Below are positions 8,745 to 17,844 of a stretch of DNA of 64,000 nt, piece after piece (positions within the stretch are counted from its first letter, which is position 1; the number at the start of each line of letters is the position of its first letter). The stretch is from NCBI GenBank assembly GCA_963743205.1, contig CAVUOW010000005.1:254650-318649 (forward strand), written 5' to 3'. The notes under the pieces were generated by a model that worked only from the letters and a program-made list of their open reading frames with translations, was not told the DNA's origin and made no database searches. This DNA comes from Candidatus Aminicenantes bacterium. GTDB taxonomy: Bacteria > Acidobacteriota > Aminicenantia > Aminicenantales > Saccharicenantaceae. The position numbers and the translations under genes are program-made.

Positions 8745-9598
8745 AAAGACAATCTCAGGGGGTCGTCCTGCTGGCTCTCCTCGTCCTGGCCTCGTCGTCC
8801 TGTGCCCGCCGCGAGCCGCAACCGGCCCCGGCCGCGGCTCCCACGGCCGAGTCGCTTCGCCTCAAGGAGACGACGGTCCGCAACGTCACCGGCCATCCGA
8901 TCGGGTACAGGATCTATCCGGCCGGCAAACCCGAGGCCGCCGAGTCGCGGGAGATCGCGCCCGGGAGCGTCGACCGCTTCAAGACGGCCACTCCCCTCGA
9001 GATCGAGTTCTCCACGGGAAGCAAAGATGTCGTCTATGCGCTCGACCCGGGCAGCCCCTACTCGTTCCGCGTCGACGACGAGACGACCATCGACCTGTTC
9101 CTCGGCTCCCACGGCCGCGACGACGCCGTCGACCTCGCCCCCTGGGTGCCGACGCCCCAGCCGGTCGTCGACCGCATGCTCGAGCTGGCCGCCGTCACGA
9201 GCCGGGACGTCCTCTACGACATCGGCTGCGGCGACGGCCGCATCGTCATCACGGCCGCCCGCCGCTACGGCGCCCGCGGCGTCGGCATCGACATCGACAA
9301 GGCCATGATCGAGGAATCGGAGCGGAACGCCAAGGCCGCCGGGGTCGAGCGGCAGGTCAAGTTCCTCGGCATGGACGCGACGAAGGCCGACATCTCGGAG
9401 GCGACGGTCGTCAGCCTCTATCTTCTTCCGGAATCGAACGCCCTGATGCGGCCCATCCTGGACGCTCAGCTGCGGCCGAAGAGCCGGGTCGTCTGCCACA
9501 ACTACGCCATCCCCGGCTGGGAATCGAAACAGGTGATGACCGAAACGGTCGAAGGCGAAAACGGGGACAAGCACTACATCTATCTTTACGTCCGTTGA
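8741..9598 (+). CDS. Lipoprotein with C-terminal class I SAM-dependent methyltransferase domain
   Basis: Internal ATG of track ORF 8222..9598, with RBS AGGAGGGA. MKRQSQGVVLLALLVLASSSC has a lipobox. VLYDIGCGDGRIVITAARRYGARGVGIDID is SAM-binding motif I. Confidence 0.75.
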   Translation: MKRQSQGVVLLALLVLASSSCARREPQPAPAAAPTAESLRLKETTVRNVTGHPIGYRIYPAGKPEAAESREIAPGSVDRFKTATPLEIEFSTGSKDVVYALDPGSPYSFRVDDETTIDLFLGSHGRDDAVDLAPWVPTPQPVVDRMLELAAVTSRDVLYDIGCGDGRIVITAARRYGARGVGIDIDKAMIEESERNAKAAGVERQVKFLGMDATKADISEATVVSLYLLPESNALMRPILDAQLRPKSRVVCHNYAIPGWESKQVMTETVEGENGDKHYIYLYVR

Positions 9599-9630
9599 CC
9601 GGACGCCCCCCACCAACCGGACCGGCAGGC

Positions 9631-9663
9631 AAAAAAAAGGCGCTCCCGCCGCGCGGAAGCGCC
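9631..9663 (-). terminator. Rho-independent terminator for the minus-strand porin gene
   Basis: On the minus strand: GGCGCT-loop-AGCGCC hairpin followed by T8 (A8 at 9631-9638 on the plus strand). Confidence 0.7.
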
Positions 9664-9692
9664 TGTGAGATCTTTCGGACCGGCGATCCGGA

Positions 9693-10316
9693 TTAAAAGG
9701 CGATGCCGAGGCTCGCGGACCAGACGCCGTTCTCGAAATCGGGCTGGACGGCCCCTTGGACCGTGGAGATGACCTTCTGCATGCCCAGGCTGTAACGGAC
9801 GTCGACCATGAAATTCCGGCCGAGGTTCAGGCCCGCCCCGAAGATGGCGCCGTAGTCGTTGTTCTTCAGGAGGTTCTCGGTCAGGGGAACCTGCTGGCCG
9901 TTCGACTCCAACTTCTCCTGGAGCTTGAAGCCGACGGTCGGCCCGGCGAAGACGAAGGGCTGAATGACCGGCAGGGGCAGCTTCAGCTTGAGGAGCAGGG
10001 GCACTTCGATGTAGTCGGCGTAGAGCTTATCGGTGTAGCTGTCGTCGAGGGCGACGTACGTGGCGCCCTTCATCGTGTAAAGGGCCTCCCACTGGATGGT
10101 CACGACGCGGCCGAAGTTGAGGGCCAGGAAGACGCCGCCGTTGAAGCCGACCTTGTTCTTCAGCGTGGCCATGGGGTCCTGGGCGTCGATGCCCCTCGGC
10201 TTGGCCATGTTGCCGCCGGCCTTGATGCCGAACTGGATGTCCGCCCGAGCCGGCTGGGGCAGGGTCAGAAGTCCGGCGAATACCGCGATCACGAGGACCG
10301 TTGTCAGTCTTTTCAT
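9693..10316 (-). CDS. Small outer-membrane beta-barrel (porin-family) protein
   Basis: 207 aa. Signal peptide ...PQPARA; alternating amphipathic strands; C-terminal ...SASLGIAF. Confidence 0.75.
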   Translation of the reverse strand: MKRLTTVLVIAVFAGLLTLPQPARADIQFGIKAGGNMAKPRGIDAQDPMATLKNKVGFNGGVFLALNFGRVVTIQWEALYTMKGATYVALDDSYTDKLYADYIEVPLLLKLKLPLPVIQPFVFAGPTVGFKLQEKLESNGQQVPLTENLLKNNDYGAIFGAGLNLGRNFMVDVRYSLGMQKVISTVQGAVQPDFENGVWSASLGIAF

Positions 10317-10484
10317 GGTGTCTCCTCAATATCCGAGAGTTGGGGCGCGTCTCACGCGTCCTTGGTCATTGTGGAGGCCGGGTTTCCCCCCGGCAATCCC
10401 CCGAAGGGGGGAATTGCAGGGGCCCCTCTTCCCCTCGCACGGGGTGATGAAAAGACGTTTCTCTCACCGCAGGGCGGCGGAGCC

Positions 10485-11513
10485 TCAGAGCCCGATCAGC
10501 TTGAACTTCGCTTTATCCTTGAGCCCCTTGATATAGTCTTCGACGGCCGTGCCCTGCTTGGTCTGCTTGAGCCGCGACTCGATCTCGGCGCGGGCCTCTT
10601 CGAAGGTCCGGGTCTCCTTTTGGCGGCCGACGATCTGAAGGATGTGATAGCCGAAAGTCGTTTCGACGACGCCGCTGATCTGGCCCACGGGGACCGAGAA
10701 GGCGGCATCCTCGAAGGGCTTGACCATCTGGCCGCGCGAGAAGTTCTCATAGAGGCCGCCGTTCTCCTTGGCGCCGGGGTCCTCCGAATACTTCTTGGCC
10801 AGCTCGGCGAAGTCCGCGCCGGCCTTGGCCTCGGCCAGGATGCCCTCGATCTTGGTCTTGGCCGCGGCCTTCTCCGGGTCGGTCTTGCCCTGGGTCAGGA
10901 TGAGAATGTGGCGCACCGTGGCGGTCTTGTCGCCGGTCGATTCCTGATCATAGGCCTTGCGCAGCTCCTCGTCGCTGATCTTGCCCTTGGCTTCCGCGAT
11001 GCCGGAGAGGAACTTGTTGATGAGGAGCGTTTCCTCGACGCTTTTCTTCACATGGTCGACCGAGACGCCCGCCCCTTTCAGGGCCTCCAGAAAGCCCTGT
11101 TCGCCGCCGGCCTGGGCGTACTCGGACTGCAGGGCCTTATCCAGCTCCTCGGCCGGGACGACCGTCTTGGCGGCGGCCGCGGCGGCCAGGAGGATCTTGC
11201 GCTCGGCCAGGGATGTCGCGGCCTGGTCGATGATCTTCTTCATCTGTCCGGCATCGACGGTCTTGAGCTGGTCGGACCGCGTGCCGAGATTCTCCCTCGC
11301 GGCCTGGATGACTTCCGCGGCCGTGACGACGAAGCCCTTGGTCTCGACGAGGACCGTCGATTTGTCCGGGCCGAGGGCGGGGACGATCGCGGCCAGGTCC
11401 TTGGCCAAGGTATAGGCGGGGGTGCCTTCCTTAAGGGTGAACTTCTCGGCCTTCGGGGCGCATCCGGACAGGGCCAGGGCCGAGACCAGGATAACGGTCA
11501 AAACGTTCTTCAT
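10485..11513 (-). CDS. Peptidylprolyl isomerase, parvulin type (SurA/PrsA-like lipoprotein)
   Basis: Lipobox LALSGC. PpiC core ...VRHILI...GADFAELAKKYSEDPGAKENGGLYENFSRGQMVKPFEDAAFSVPVGQISGVVETTFGYHILQIV. Confidence 0.85.
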   Translation of the reverse strand: MKNVLTVILVSALALSGCAPKAEKFTLKEGTPAYTLAKDLAAIVPALGPDKSTVLVETKGFVVTAAEVIQAARENLGTRSDQLKTVDAGQMKKIIDQAATSLAERKILLAAAAAAKTVVPAEELDKALQSEYAQAGGEQGFLEALKGAGVSVDHVKKSVEETLLINKFLSGIAEAKGKISDEELRKAYDQESTGDKTATVRHILILTQGKTDPEKAAAKTKIEGILAEAKAGADFAELAKKYSEDPGAKENGGLYENFSRGQMVKPFEDAAFSVPVGQISGVVETTFGYHILQIVGRQKETRTFEEARAEIESRLKQTKQGTAVEDYIKGLKDKAKFKLIGL

Positions 11514-11598
11514 TCGATACTCCTTGGATCAAGGGAAAACGTCTAAATAGTAAACCACAATTCGGCCGCCGGCGCAAACGGCCGGAGGGCCGGCGGGA

Positions 11599-12879
11599 TC
11601 AGCCCGAGGGGACGATGCGGTGGACCTTTTTCTTGCCGGCCTTGAGGAGCAGGCCCCCGTCCGGCCCCAGGTCCTTGACCGTCAGGAGGCGCTCGACGGA
11701 GTCGATGCGCTCGTCGTTGACGTAGAGGCCGCCCTGTTCGATCATGCGTTTGGCCTCGCGGCGGGACGGCGTCAGGCCGACCTCGGTGAAAAGCCCGGCG
11801 GGCGAGATGCCGGCCTCGAGCCTCGACCTAGGCACGGCCGTCGTCGGGAGGGAATTGACGTCCCCCCCGCTTTCGCTCCTCGGACCGTTTCCGATGGAGC
11901 CGCCGGCCGTCTTCCCTCCGAACGCGGCCGCCGCGGCCTGGCGGGCCTTCTCGGCCTCGAGCTCCCCGTGAGTGATCTTGGTCGCCTCGAAGGCCAGGAT
12001 GCGCTTGGCCTCGTTGATGCCGCTGTCCTTGAACGCTTCGAGCCGCCGGATCTCGTCGAGGGGGACCAGGGTGAATATCCTGAGAAAGCGCCCCACGTCC
12101 CGGTCGTCGCAGTTGACCCAGTACTGGTAGAAATCGTAGGGGCTGAACTGCGCGGCGTCGAGCCAGACCGCGCCCTGGGCCGTTTTGCCCATCTTGGCGC
12201 CCGTGGCCGTGGTCAGAAGCGGAAAGGTCAGGGCCTGGGCCGTTTCGCCCTCGACGCGGCGGATGAGGTCGATCCCGGCCAGGATGTTCCCCCACTGGTC
12301 GTCCCCGCCCATCTGCAGCGTGCAGCGGTATTTCCGGAAAAGGGTCAGGAAGTCATAGGCCTGGAGGAGCTGGTAGTTGAACTCGATGAACGACAGGCCC
12401 TTCTCCAGGCGGAGCCGATAGGCCTCGGCGGCCAGCATCCGGTTGACGCTGAAGTGGCGGCCGATGTCCCGCAGGAAGTGAATGTAGTGGAGCGGCAGGA
12501 GCCAATCGGCGTTGTCCACGGCGATGGCGTCCGCCCCGTCGAAATGGAGATATCGGGCGAGCTGGATGAGGATGGCCTGGCCCTGGGCGCGGATGGTCGC
12601 TTCCTCGAGCATCTGGCGCATCTCGGTCTTGCCGCTGGGGTCGCCGACCATGGTCGTCCCGCTGCCGACGACGGCGATGGCCCGGTGGCCGGCCCGCCGG
12701 AGGTGGACCATGGCCATGATCGGGACGAGGCTGCCGGCATGGAGGCTGGTGGCCGTACTGTCGAACCCGACGTAGAAGGTGACTCTCTCCGCGTCGAGCA
12801 TCTTGCGCACGGCATCCTCGTCGGAAACCTGGGCGACGAAGCCACGCTCCTTGATCTCGTCGTAGATGTTGCCGCTCAC
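11599..12879 (-). CDS. tyrS: Tyrosine--tRNA ligase
   Basis: 426 aa, GTG start. HIGH-like SLHAGSLVP and KMSKS-like KMGKT motifs; C-terminal S4-like domain (SRREAKRMIEQGGLYVNDERI). Confidence 0.9.
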   Translation of the reverse strand: MSGNIYDEIKERGFVAQVSDEDAVRKMLDAERVTFYVGFDSTATSLHAGSLVPIMAMVHLRRAGHRAIAVVGSGTTMVGDPSGKTEMRQMLEEATIRAQGQAILIQLARYLHFDGADAIAVDNADWLLPLHYIHFLRDIGRHFSVNRMLAAEAYRLRLEKGLSFIEFNYQLLQAYDFLTLFRKYRCTLQMGGDDQWGNILAGIDLIRRVEGETAQALTFPLLTTATGAKMGKTAQGAVWLDAAQFSPYDFYQYWVNCDDRDVGRFLRIFTLVPLDEIRRLEAFKDSGINEAKRILAFEATKITHGELEAEKARQAAAAAFGGKTAGGSIGNGPRSESGGDVNSLPTTAVPRSRLEAGISPAGLFTEVGLTPSRREAKRMIEQGGLYVNDERIDSVERLLTVKDLGPDGGLLLKAGKKKVHRIVPSG

Positions 12880-12969
12880 AGTCCTTCCTCTGGGGGATTT
12901 ATATCACGGGTGGGGGCCCAATCCAAGCCCCCGGCCGGACGCGCGGCGATCCGGCCTCCCGCCGCGGGA

Positions 12970-13374
12970 TCACTTCTTCAGCGCGAGCTCCATCGAACCC
13001 GAATTCCCGTCGGGGTCGAACCAGACGCCCTTGAGGGTCTCGGCCTCGAGCGTGAGCTCGATCTTGATCAGGACGGTCCCCGACCCTTGGGCCAAGTCGA
13101 AGTCGAAGGTGAGCTTGTTGTCCTTGAAGACGATCTCTCGCATCGCGGACTCGGGGACCATGCCGGCTGTGTCGCCGAGCTTGCCGGCGTATCCGGTGGC
13201 GGTCTTTTCGATGACGGCGGTGATCTCGAGCGGCGTGACGCCGTCGCCGACCATGGCGGTGCCGACCCAGGTGCCGATGATATCGGCCTTCTTGGGGGCC
13301 TGAGGGGATGCGGTTCCGGCCAGGACGCAGAGGGCGGCCAGAGCGACGAAGGGGATCTTGAGGGACTTTTTCAT
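12970..13374 (-). CDS. Small secreted hypothetical protein
   Basis: 134 aa. Signal peptide MKKSLKIPFVALAALCVLAGTASPQA; beta-rich; no recognisable motif. Confidence 0.6.
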   Translation of the reverse strand: MKKSLKIPFVALAALCVLAGTASPQAPKKADIIGTWVGTAMVGDGVTPLEITAVIEKTATGYAGKLGDTAGMVPESAMREIVFKDNKLTFDFDLAQGSGTVLIKIELTLEAETLKGVWFDPDGNSGSMELALKK

Positions 13375-13493
13375 GATCGGGCTCCTTTCAGGGCCTCATC
13401 TTATTACTGTACCAGAGACGGACTCGCCGTGTCCACATCCCTAGAGACGCAGAGCGGCGGGATTTTGTTCCCCGAACGGGTTTCCGGACGGCC

Positions 13494-13522
13494 TTGACGC
13501 CTGGCCGGGGCTCCGCTAGATT
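13494..13522 (+). promoter_or_regulatory. sigma70-type promoter
   Basis: TTGACG-N17-TAGATT, 22 nt upstream of the ATG at 13545. Confidence 0.5.
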
Positions 13523-13544
13523 GGAGGCATCCGGAGGGACACCG

Positions 13545-14769
13545 ATGAGCCGAACGCCGCACGACCGGCGGACATTCATCAAGACGATGGCCGGGGGGGC
13601 GTTCGCGGTCGGGTCATCGCTCGCCGGATGGCCGGCGCGGGGGCAAACGGCCTCGGGAAGTTCTGATAAGGCCGGCATGGCTTATCGCCGTCTCGGCCGG
13701 ACCGGCCTTCTCGTGTCCGAGATCTCGCTCGGCAGCAGTCCCCTGCCCGACCCGGACCTCCTCAGGGCCATCAGTCGATCGCGGCGTCAACTACATCGAC
13801 ACCTCCCACAATTACGACAACGGCAACGCGGAGAGGCAGATCGGCCGCCTGATCAAGGACGCCGGGCGGGACAAGGTCCATGTCGCCACGAAATTCCACG
13901 TCACGCCGCGCGACACCGCGGCCTCCATCATGGCCTCGGCGCACGGCAGCCTCAAGCGGCTCGACGTCGAGGCCATCGACGTCTTGATGATCCACGGCGC
14001 GGAGACCGCCGCCGTCGTCGTCGACGAGCGCGTCCTCGAGGCCTTCGAGCGGCTCAAGCAGGAAGGCGCTTTCCGTTTCCGCGGCTTGTCCTGCCACGCC
14101 AACCAGGACGAGGTCGTACGGAAGGCGGTCGACTGCGGCCTCTATGACATGGTCCAGGTCGGCTATAACGTCTTCGATATCCAGGAGCCCGCCGTCGAGG
14201 TCGAGACCTATCCGGATTACCTCGGCAAGAGCGGCATCCGGGCCCTGATCGAGCTGGCCCATTCGAAGGGTGTGGGCGTCGTCGCCATGAAGACGCTCAA
14301 GGTCGGCGGCCGGCGCCAGGACATCGAAAGCTACCGGACCGGCTCGGTCTCTCTCTATCAGGCCATGCTGAAATGGGTCCTCGACGACACGCGCGTCGCA
14401 TCGGCCGTGACCGAGATCCTCAACCGTCGTCAGATGGAGGAGGACCTGGGAGCGGCCGGGTCGAAGCTGGCCGCGGCCGAGAGAAGGACTCTCCTCCGCT
14501 ATGTCCGGGAGAACGGCACTGATTATTGCCACGGCTGCGCCGGCTGTCGGCGGGCCTGCCCGGCCGGCATCGATCAGCCGGGCATCTTGCGGGCGCTCGC
14601 CTATCTCGAGAGCTTCGGCAAGTCCGTCCGGGCACGGGAGGTCTATGCCTCCGTCGTCCGGGGGGAGGGGGCCTCGGCCTGCCGCGATTGCGGGGCCTGT
14701 GAGAAAGCCTGCCCTTACGGCGTCGCCGTCCGCTCCAGGGTCAGGGAAGCCGGGCGCATCCTGGCCTGA
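13545..14769 (+). CDS. Aldo/keto reductase with TAT signal and C-terminal 4Fe-4S cluster domain (one frameshift near 13768-13776)
   Basis: MSRTPHDRRTFIKTMAGGAFAVGSS is a twin-arginine signal. ...VDRGVNYIDTSHNYDNGNAERQIG... reads in the frame of track ORF 13930..14769. C-terminal CHGCAGCRRACP and CRDCGACEKACP motifs. ORFs 13494..14147 and 13930..14769 are its two pieces. Confidence 0.75.
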
Positions 14770-14781
14770 CGAGCACCGCCG

Positions 14782-17078
14782 TCAGATCTGCCAGGCGTAG
14801 CCGATCTTCAGGAAGAACGTCCGATCAGTCCGGGTGATCCCGATGCGGCCCGGCCCGAACCGGCTGTCGAAGACGCCTCCCAGTCCCGTTGTCCGAGTAG
14901 CCCAGAAAGAGGACCGTCCGCGGGTTGAGCTTGTAAGAGAACAGGAACTGGGTGAAGACGTTCCGGGTCCGGGTATCGACCGGAAAGCCGTACATCGGCC
15001 GGGTTCTGTTCGAGGTGCTGGTACTGGACGATGGCCCGGACAAAGGACCTGACGCTGAAGTTCCAGACGAGCTTGGCTTGGCTCAGGTTGGCCGTGTAGA
15101 TCGTGTCGCCGCCGAGGGAGAGCCTCTCGAAGGTGTGGGAGAGGACCATGTTGAGGTGGCGGAGCACGCTGAACGAGCCGTACGGCCCGAGGGAGAAGAG
15201 ATTGGCCAGACGCGAGCCGGCGTAGTCGATGCCCTGGCCGGCTTGGCCCTCAAAGCCGACCTCGGAGCCGCTGAACGGCCGGATGCGGAAGGCGAGGCTG
15301 CCGAGGCGGTATCGAAGTACTGCCCGTTGTAGAAGGTCCTCGAGAAGATGCCGTGGACGTTGAGCTGGGTTTCGAGATCGCCCTGGACAAGGAGGCCCAG
15401 CATCAGGCCGCGGTCGGTCAGGTTCCCGCCGTGGTCGTAAACGAATTCGGCCGGCCGCGCCCAGGCGGATATAGTTGAACCAGCTCTTCGGCTTGCCCCA
15501 GATCTGGCGGAAGAGAGTGGCCGACAGGTCCCGCGTGTCGACGCGGGGCACGAACCCGGAATCGGCCCGGAAGCCCGGGGACAGGTCCTCGTAGTTCAGA
15601 CCGATGATCCAGGACCGCGAGGCATGCGGGAATGAGAGATTGACCGCGTTGCCGCCGAATCGGCCTTCCTTCTGACCGTAGGTCGAAGCGACAGCGGCCG
15701 GGATAGTCCGTCTCGGAGTGGAGGAACTGAAAGGTGATCGAATTCTTCCGGTCGAGCCGGAAAAAGCCGTCCGCCCCGGCAAGGTGATTGTAATAGTCTC
15801 TCCCGGCCCGGCCGGTGTAGAGGACGCCGATCGTCGACATCTTGCCGACGTCCTGGCGCAGGCGGAAGACGCCCCCATAGGCGTCCTGGCCGAGCGAGGC
15901 CGGCGCCGAGCCTTGGTTCGGAGGGAAGACGAGGTTGGTGATCTCGTCCTGGTCGGCGAAGAAGCCCATGGCCGTCCGGCCGGTCTTGCCGGTCAGCTTC
16001 GTTCCCCAGAGCGGGTCGGCCACGGTCCGGGTGAAGACGGCCTGTACGGGGGTCAGGAAGAGATCGGCGCCTTCGAGGAAGAAGGGCCGTTTTTCGGGGT
16101 AATACAGGGCGAAGCGGCGGTTGATCTGGAGCTGGGCGACGTCGGCCTCGACTTGGGAGAAATCGGGGTTGGCCGCGGCGTTGAGAATGAGGTTCGGGGT
16201 GATGCCCCACTTGGCTGTCACGCCGGGCTGGGCGTCGATCTGGCCTCTCGCGAGCGGGCCGTCCGGGAATCCGGCCATGTCCATGGCGTCGGTCCGGCTG
16301 GCCGTGAAGGTCGGATCGATCTCGATGTTCCGGCCGGGTGTGATGCCTTCGAAGCCCGTCAGCTTGTTGAACTGGCAGAGGATGCAATTGACGTTGCGGG
16401 AGCGCTGGTGGGAGGTCATGCGGTGCCGGGTGTCCCGGGGCCAGGACCGCTCGGCGCTGAAGCCCCAGGTCCGAGGTCCAACGGAGGCATGGAAACGGAG
16501 CTGGCTGAGCGGGATGGCGATCTCGACCGCCCAGCCCCAATCGGTGATCTTGGCGGCCGCGTTCCAGATGGCGTCCCAGGAGAAATCCTCGTAGCCTTCG
16601 GACTCGCTGAAGTTGGCGTCGGCTTGGACGCCCATGGGATTGACCCGGAACTGGAAGGCCCGGCGCTCATCGTTGAAGGAATCGATCATGAAGCTGACAT
16701 GGTCGTCGAGGATGAGCGTGTCGGTGTCGTCGCGGTCCATGAGGTGGCCGCGGATCTTCTTCGGCTCGGGATCGAAGCACCGGAAGGCGATATAGAGGTT
16801 GCGAAGATCGTAGGTCACGAGGCATTCCGTCTTGACAGGGGCAGGGATATTGTCCCCCGGCTGCCATTCGAAGGGCAGCGGGATCACCGGGGCCGCGGCC
16901 CAGCACTCTTCGTCGAGGACGCCGTCGATCTTGACGGGACGGAGGTCTTGAGCAACGTCGAATCGCGCGGACGGGACGATCTCCGGCTTGGCCGGCGCCT
17001 GCGCCGCGGCCGGGGAGCGGTCAGGACGGCCGGAGAAGGCGAGAGGGGGTCAGGAATGAAAAGGCGGTAAGGTTTCAA
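14782..17078 (-). pseudogene. Second DUF5916 / CBM9-like paralog, broken by at least 6 frameshifts
   Basis: Family-typical peptides are spread over three frames. Track ORF 15418..16887 has LYIAFRCFD...SFNDERRAFQFRVNPMGVQAD...NPDFSQVEADVAQLQINRRFALYYPEKRPFFLEG. ORF 14808..15878 has GNAVNLSFPHASRSWIIGLNYEDLSPGFRADSGFVPRVD and YRLGSLAFRIRPFSGSEVGFEG...VRSFVRAIVQYQH. ORF 15083..15403 has LLVQGDLETQLNVHGIFSRTFYNGQYF. ORF 14825..15043 has YGFPVDTRTRNVFTQFLFSYKLNPRTVLFLGYSDN. My own reading of the end is GVFDSRFGPGRIGITRTDRTFFLKIGYAWQI*. N-terminus unresolved. Confidence 0.7.
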
Positions 17079-17167
17079 TGCGATATCATCGGAACTCTTC
17101 TCGAGATTCTCCTCGTCGGTTGGAAAGGTAGCAGCCCGGATCGATCCGAAAGGTTGGAGACGGCTCG

Positions 17168-17585
17168 CTAGACTCGCGTCCGAACGATCTTGGCCACGAG
17201 ATTGGAGGTCGGGTCCGGGCAACGGACGTACTCGGTCGTGATGCCCTCGGGGTCGAGCAATTTGGCATAGGGCGTCCCATCGTACGTCCAGGGCAGAGTC
17301 ACTCCGTTCTCGAGGAGCCGGACGAACTCGTTCAGGCTGGCCCGGAGCCAGGGACAGAGCTTGCCCCAGTCGGCGGGATAGGCGAACCTGTCCCCCTTCT
17401 CGTGGCACCAGGAATCGTGGCGCGCCTCGAAGATCTCGATGTCGATCTTGTACCGCTTGGACCTGGGCGGCGGAGGGGGTGACGGGGTTGGCCGTTCTGT
17501 CCCTGCCCGGCGGATATTCCGGCCGCGGCGACGAAGGCGGCCGCGGCGCAGCCGGCCTTGCTTCCACGAAATCCCTTCTGTTCAT
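17168..17585 (-). CDS. TIGR04076-like small Cys/His protein with apparent TAT signal (2 frameshifts in the signal region)
   Basis: ATG at 17585 with RBS AAAGGAG gives MNRRDF. Another frame gives GSKAGCAAAAFVAAAGISAGQGQNGQP. A third frame gives RSKRYKIDIEIFEARHDSWCHEKGDRFAYPADWGKLCPWLRASLNEFVRLLENGVTLPWTYDGTPYAKLLDPEGITTEYVRCPDPTSNLVAKIVRTRV*. Confidence 0.55.
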
Positions 17586-17627
17586 TGCTTCTCGGACTCC
17601 TTTCTTCCGGCCTTCGGCCCTCATTAT

Positions 17628-17643
17628 TGCACAGAACATGCCA
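17628..17643 (-). promoter_or_regulatory. sigma54-type promoter candidate
   Basis: Minus strand reads TGGCATGTTCTGTGCA (GG/GC spacing canonical, -12 GTGCA). About 44 nt upstream of the ATG at 17585. Confidence 0.45.
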
Positions 17644-17844
17644 AGGCCTTCAAACGGAGTTTCGCCCTTTTCCAGGCGGACTGGAGCCATGGCCCGCTGC
17701 GGCGAGGCCGGTCCTTCTCCGGGAATGTCAAAAGGTTTACAATGCGGCCGGTGAATTTGACATGCGGCCCCGGGCTAAACGAGCCTGCGGGCCGGGGCGT
17801 AATCTGCAAGCGAGGGAATACCGGGGGCCGGGGGAGGCGAGATC

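Noticed and set aside
8222-9598. Single 458-aa protein as listed in the ORF track.
   Set aside because: It contains a sulfatase/TPR remnant and an independent lipoprotein-methyltransferase gene with its own RBS and ATG at 8741.
10389-10417. GC hairpin (GCAATCCCCC...GGGGGAATTGC) as terminator of the isomerase gene.
   Set aside because: The stem is bulged and has no U-tract on the relevant strand. Not convincing enough to list as a feature.
12880-12969. T-box leaders upstream of tyrS (and of trpS at 31709-31780).
   Set aside because: The leaders are under 100 nt and consist mainly of a sigma70-like promoter. There is no room for specifier and antiterminator structures.
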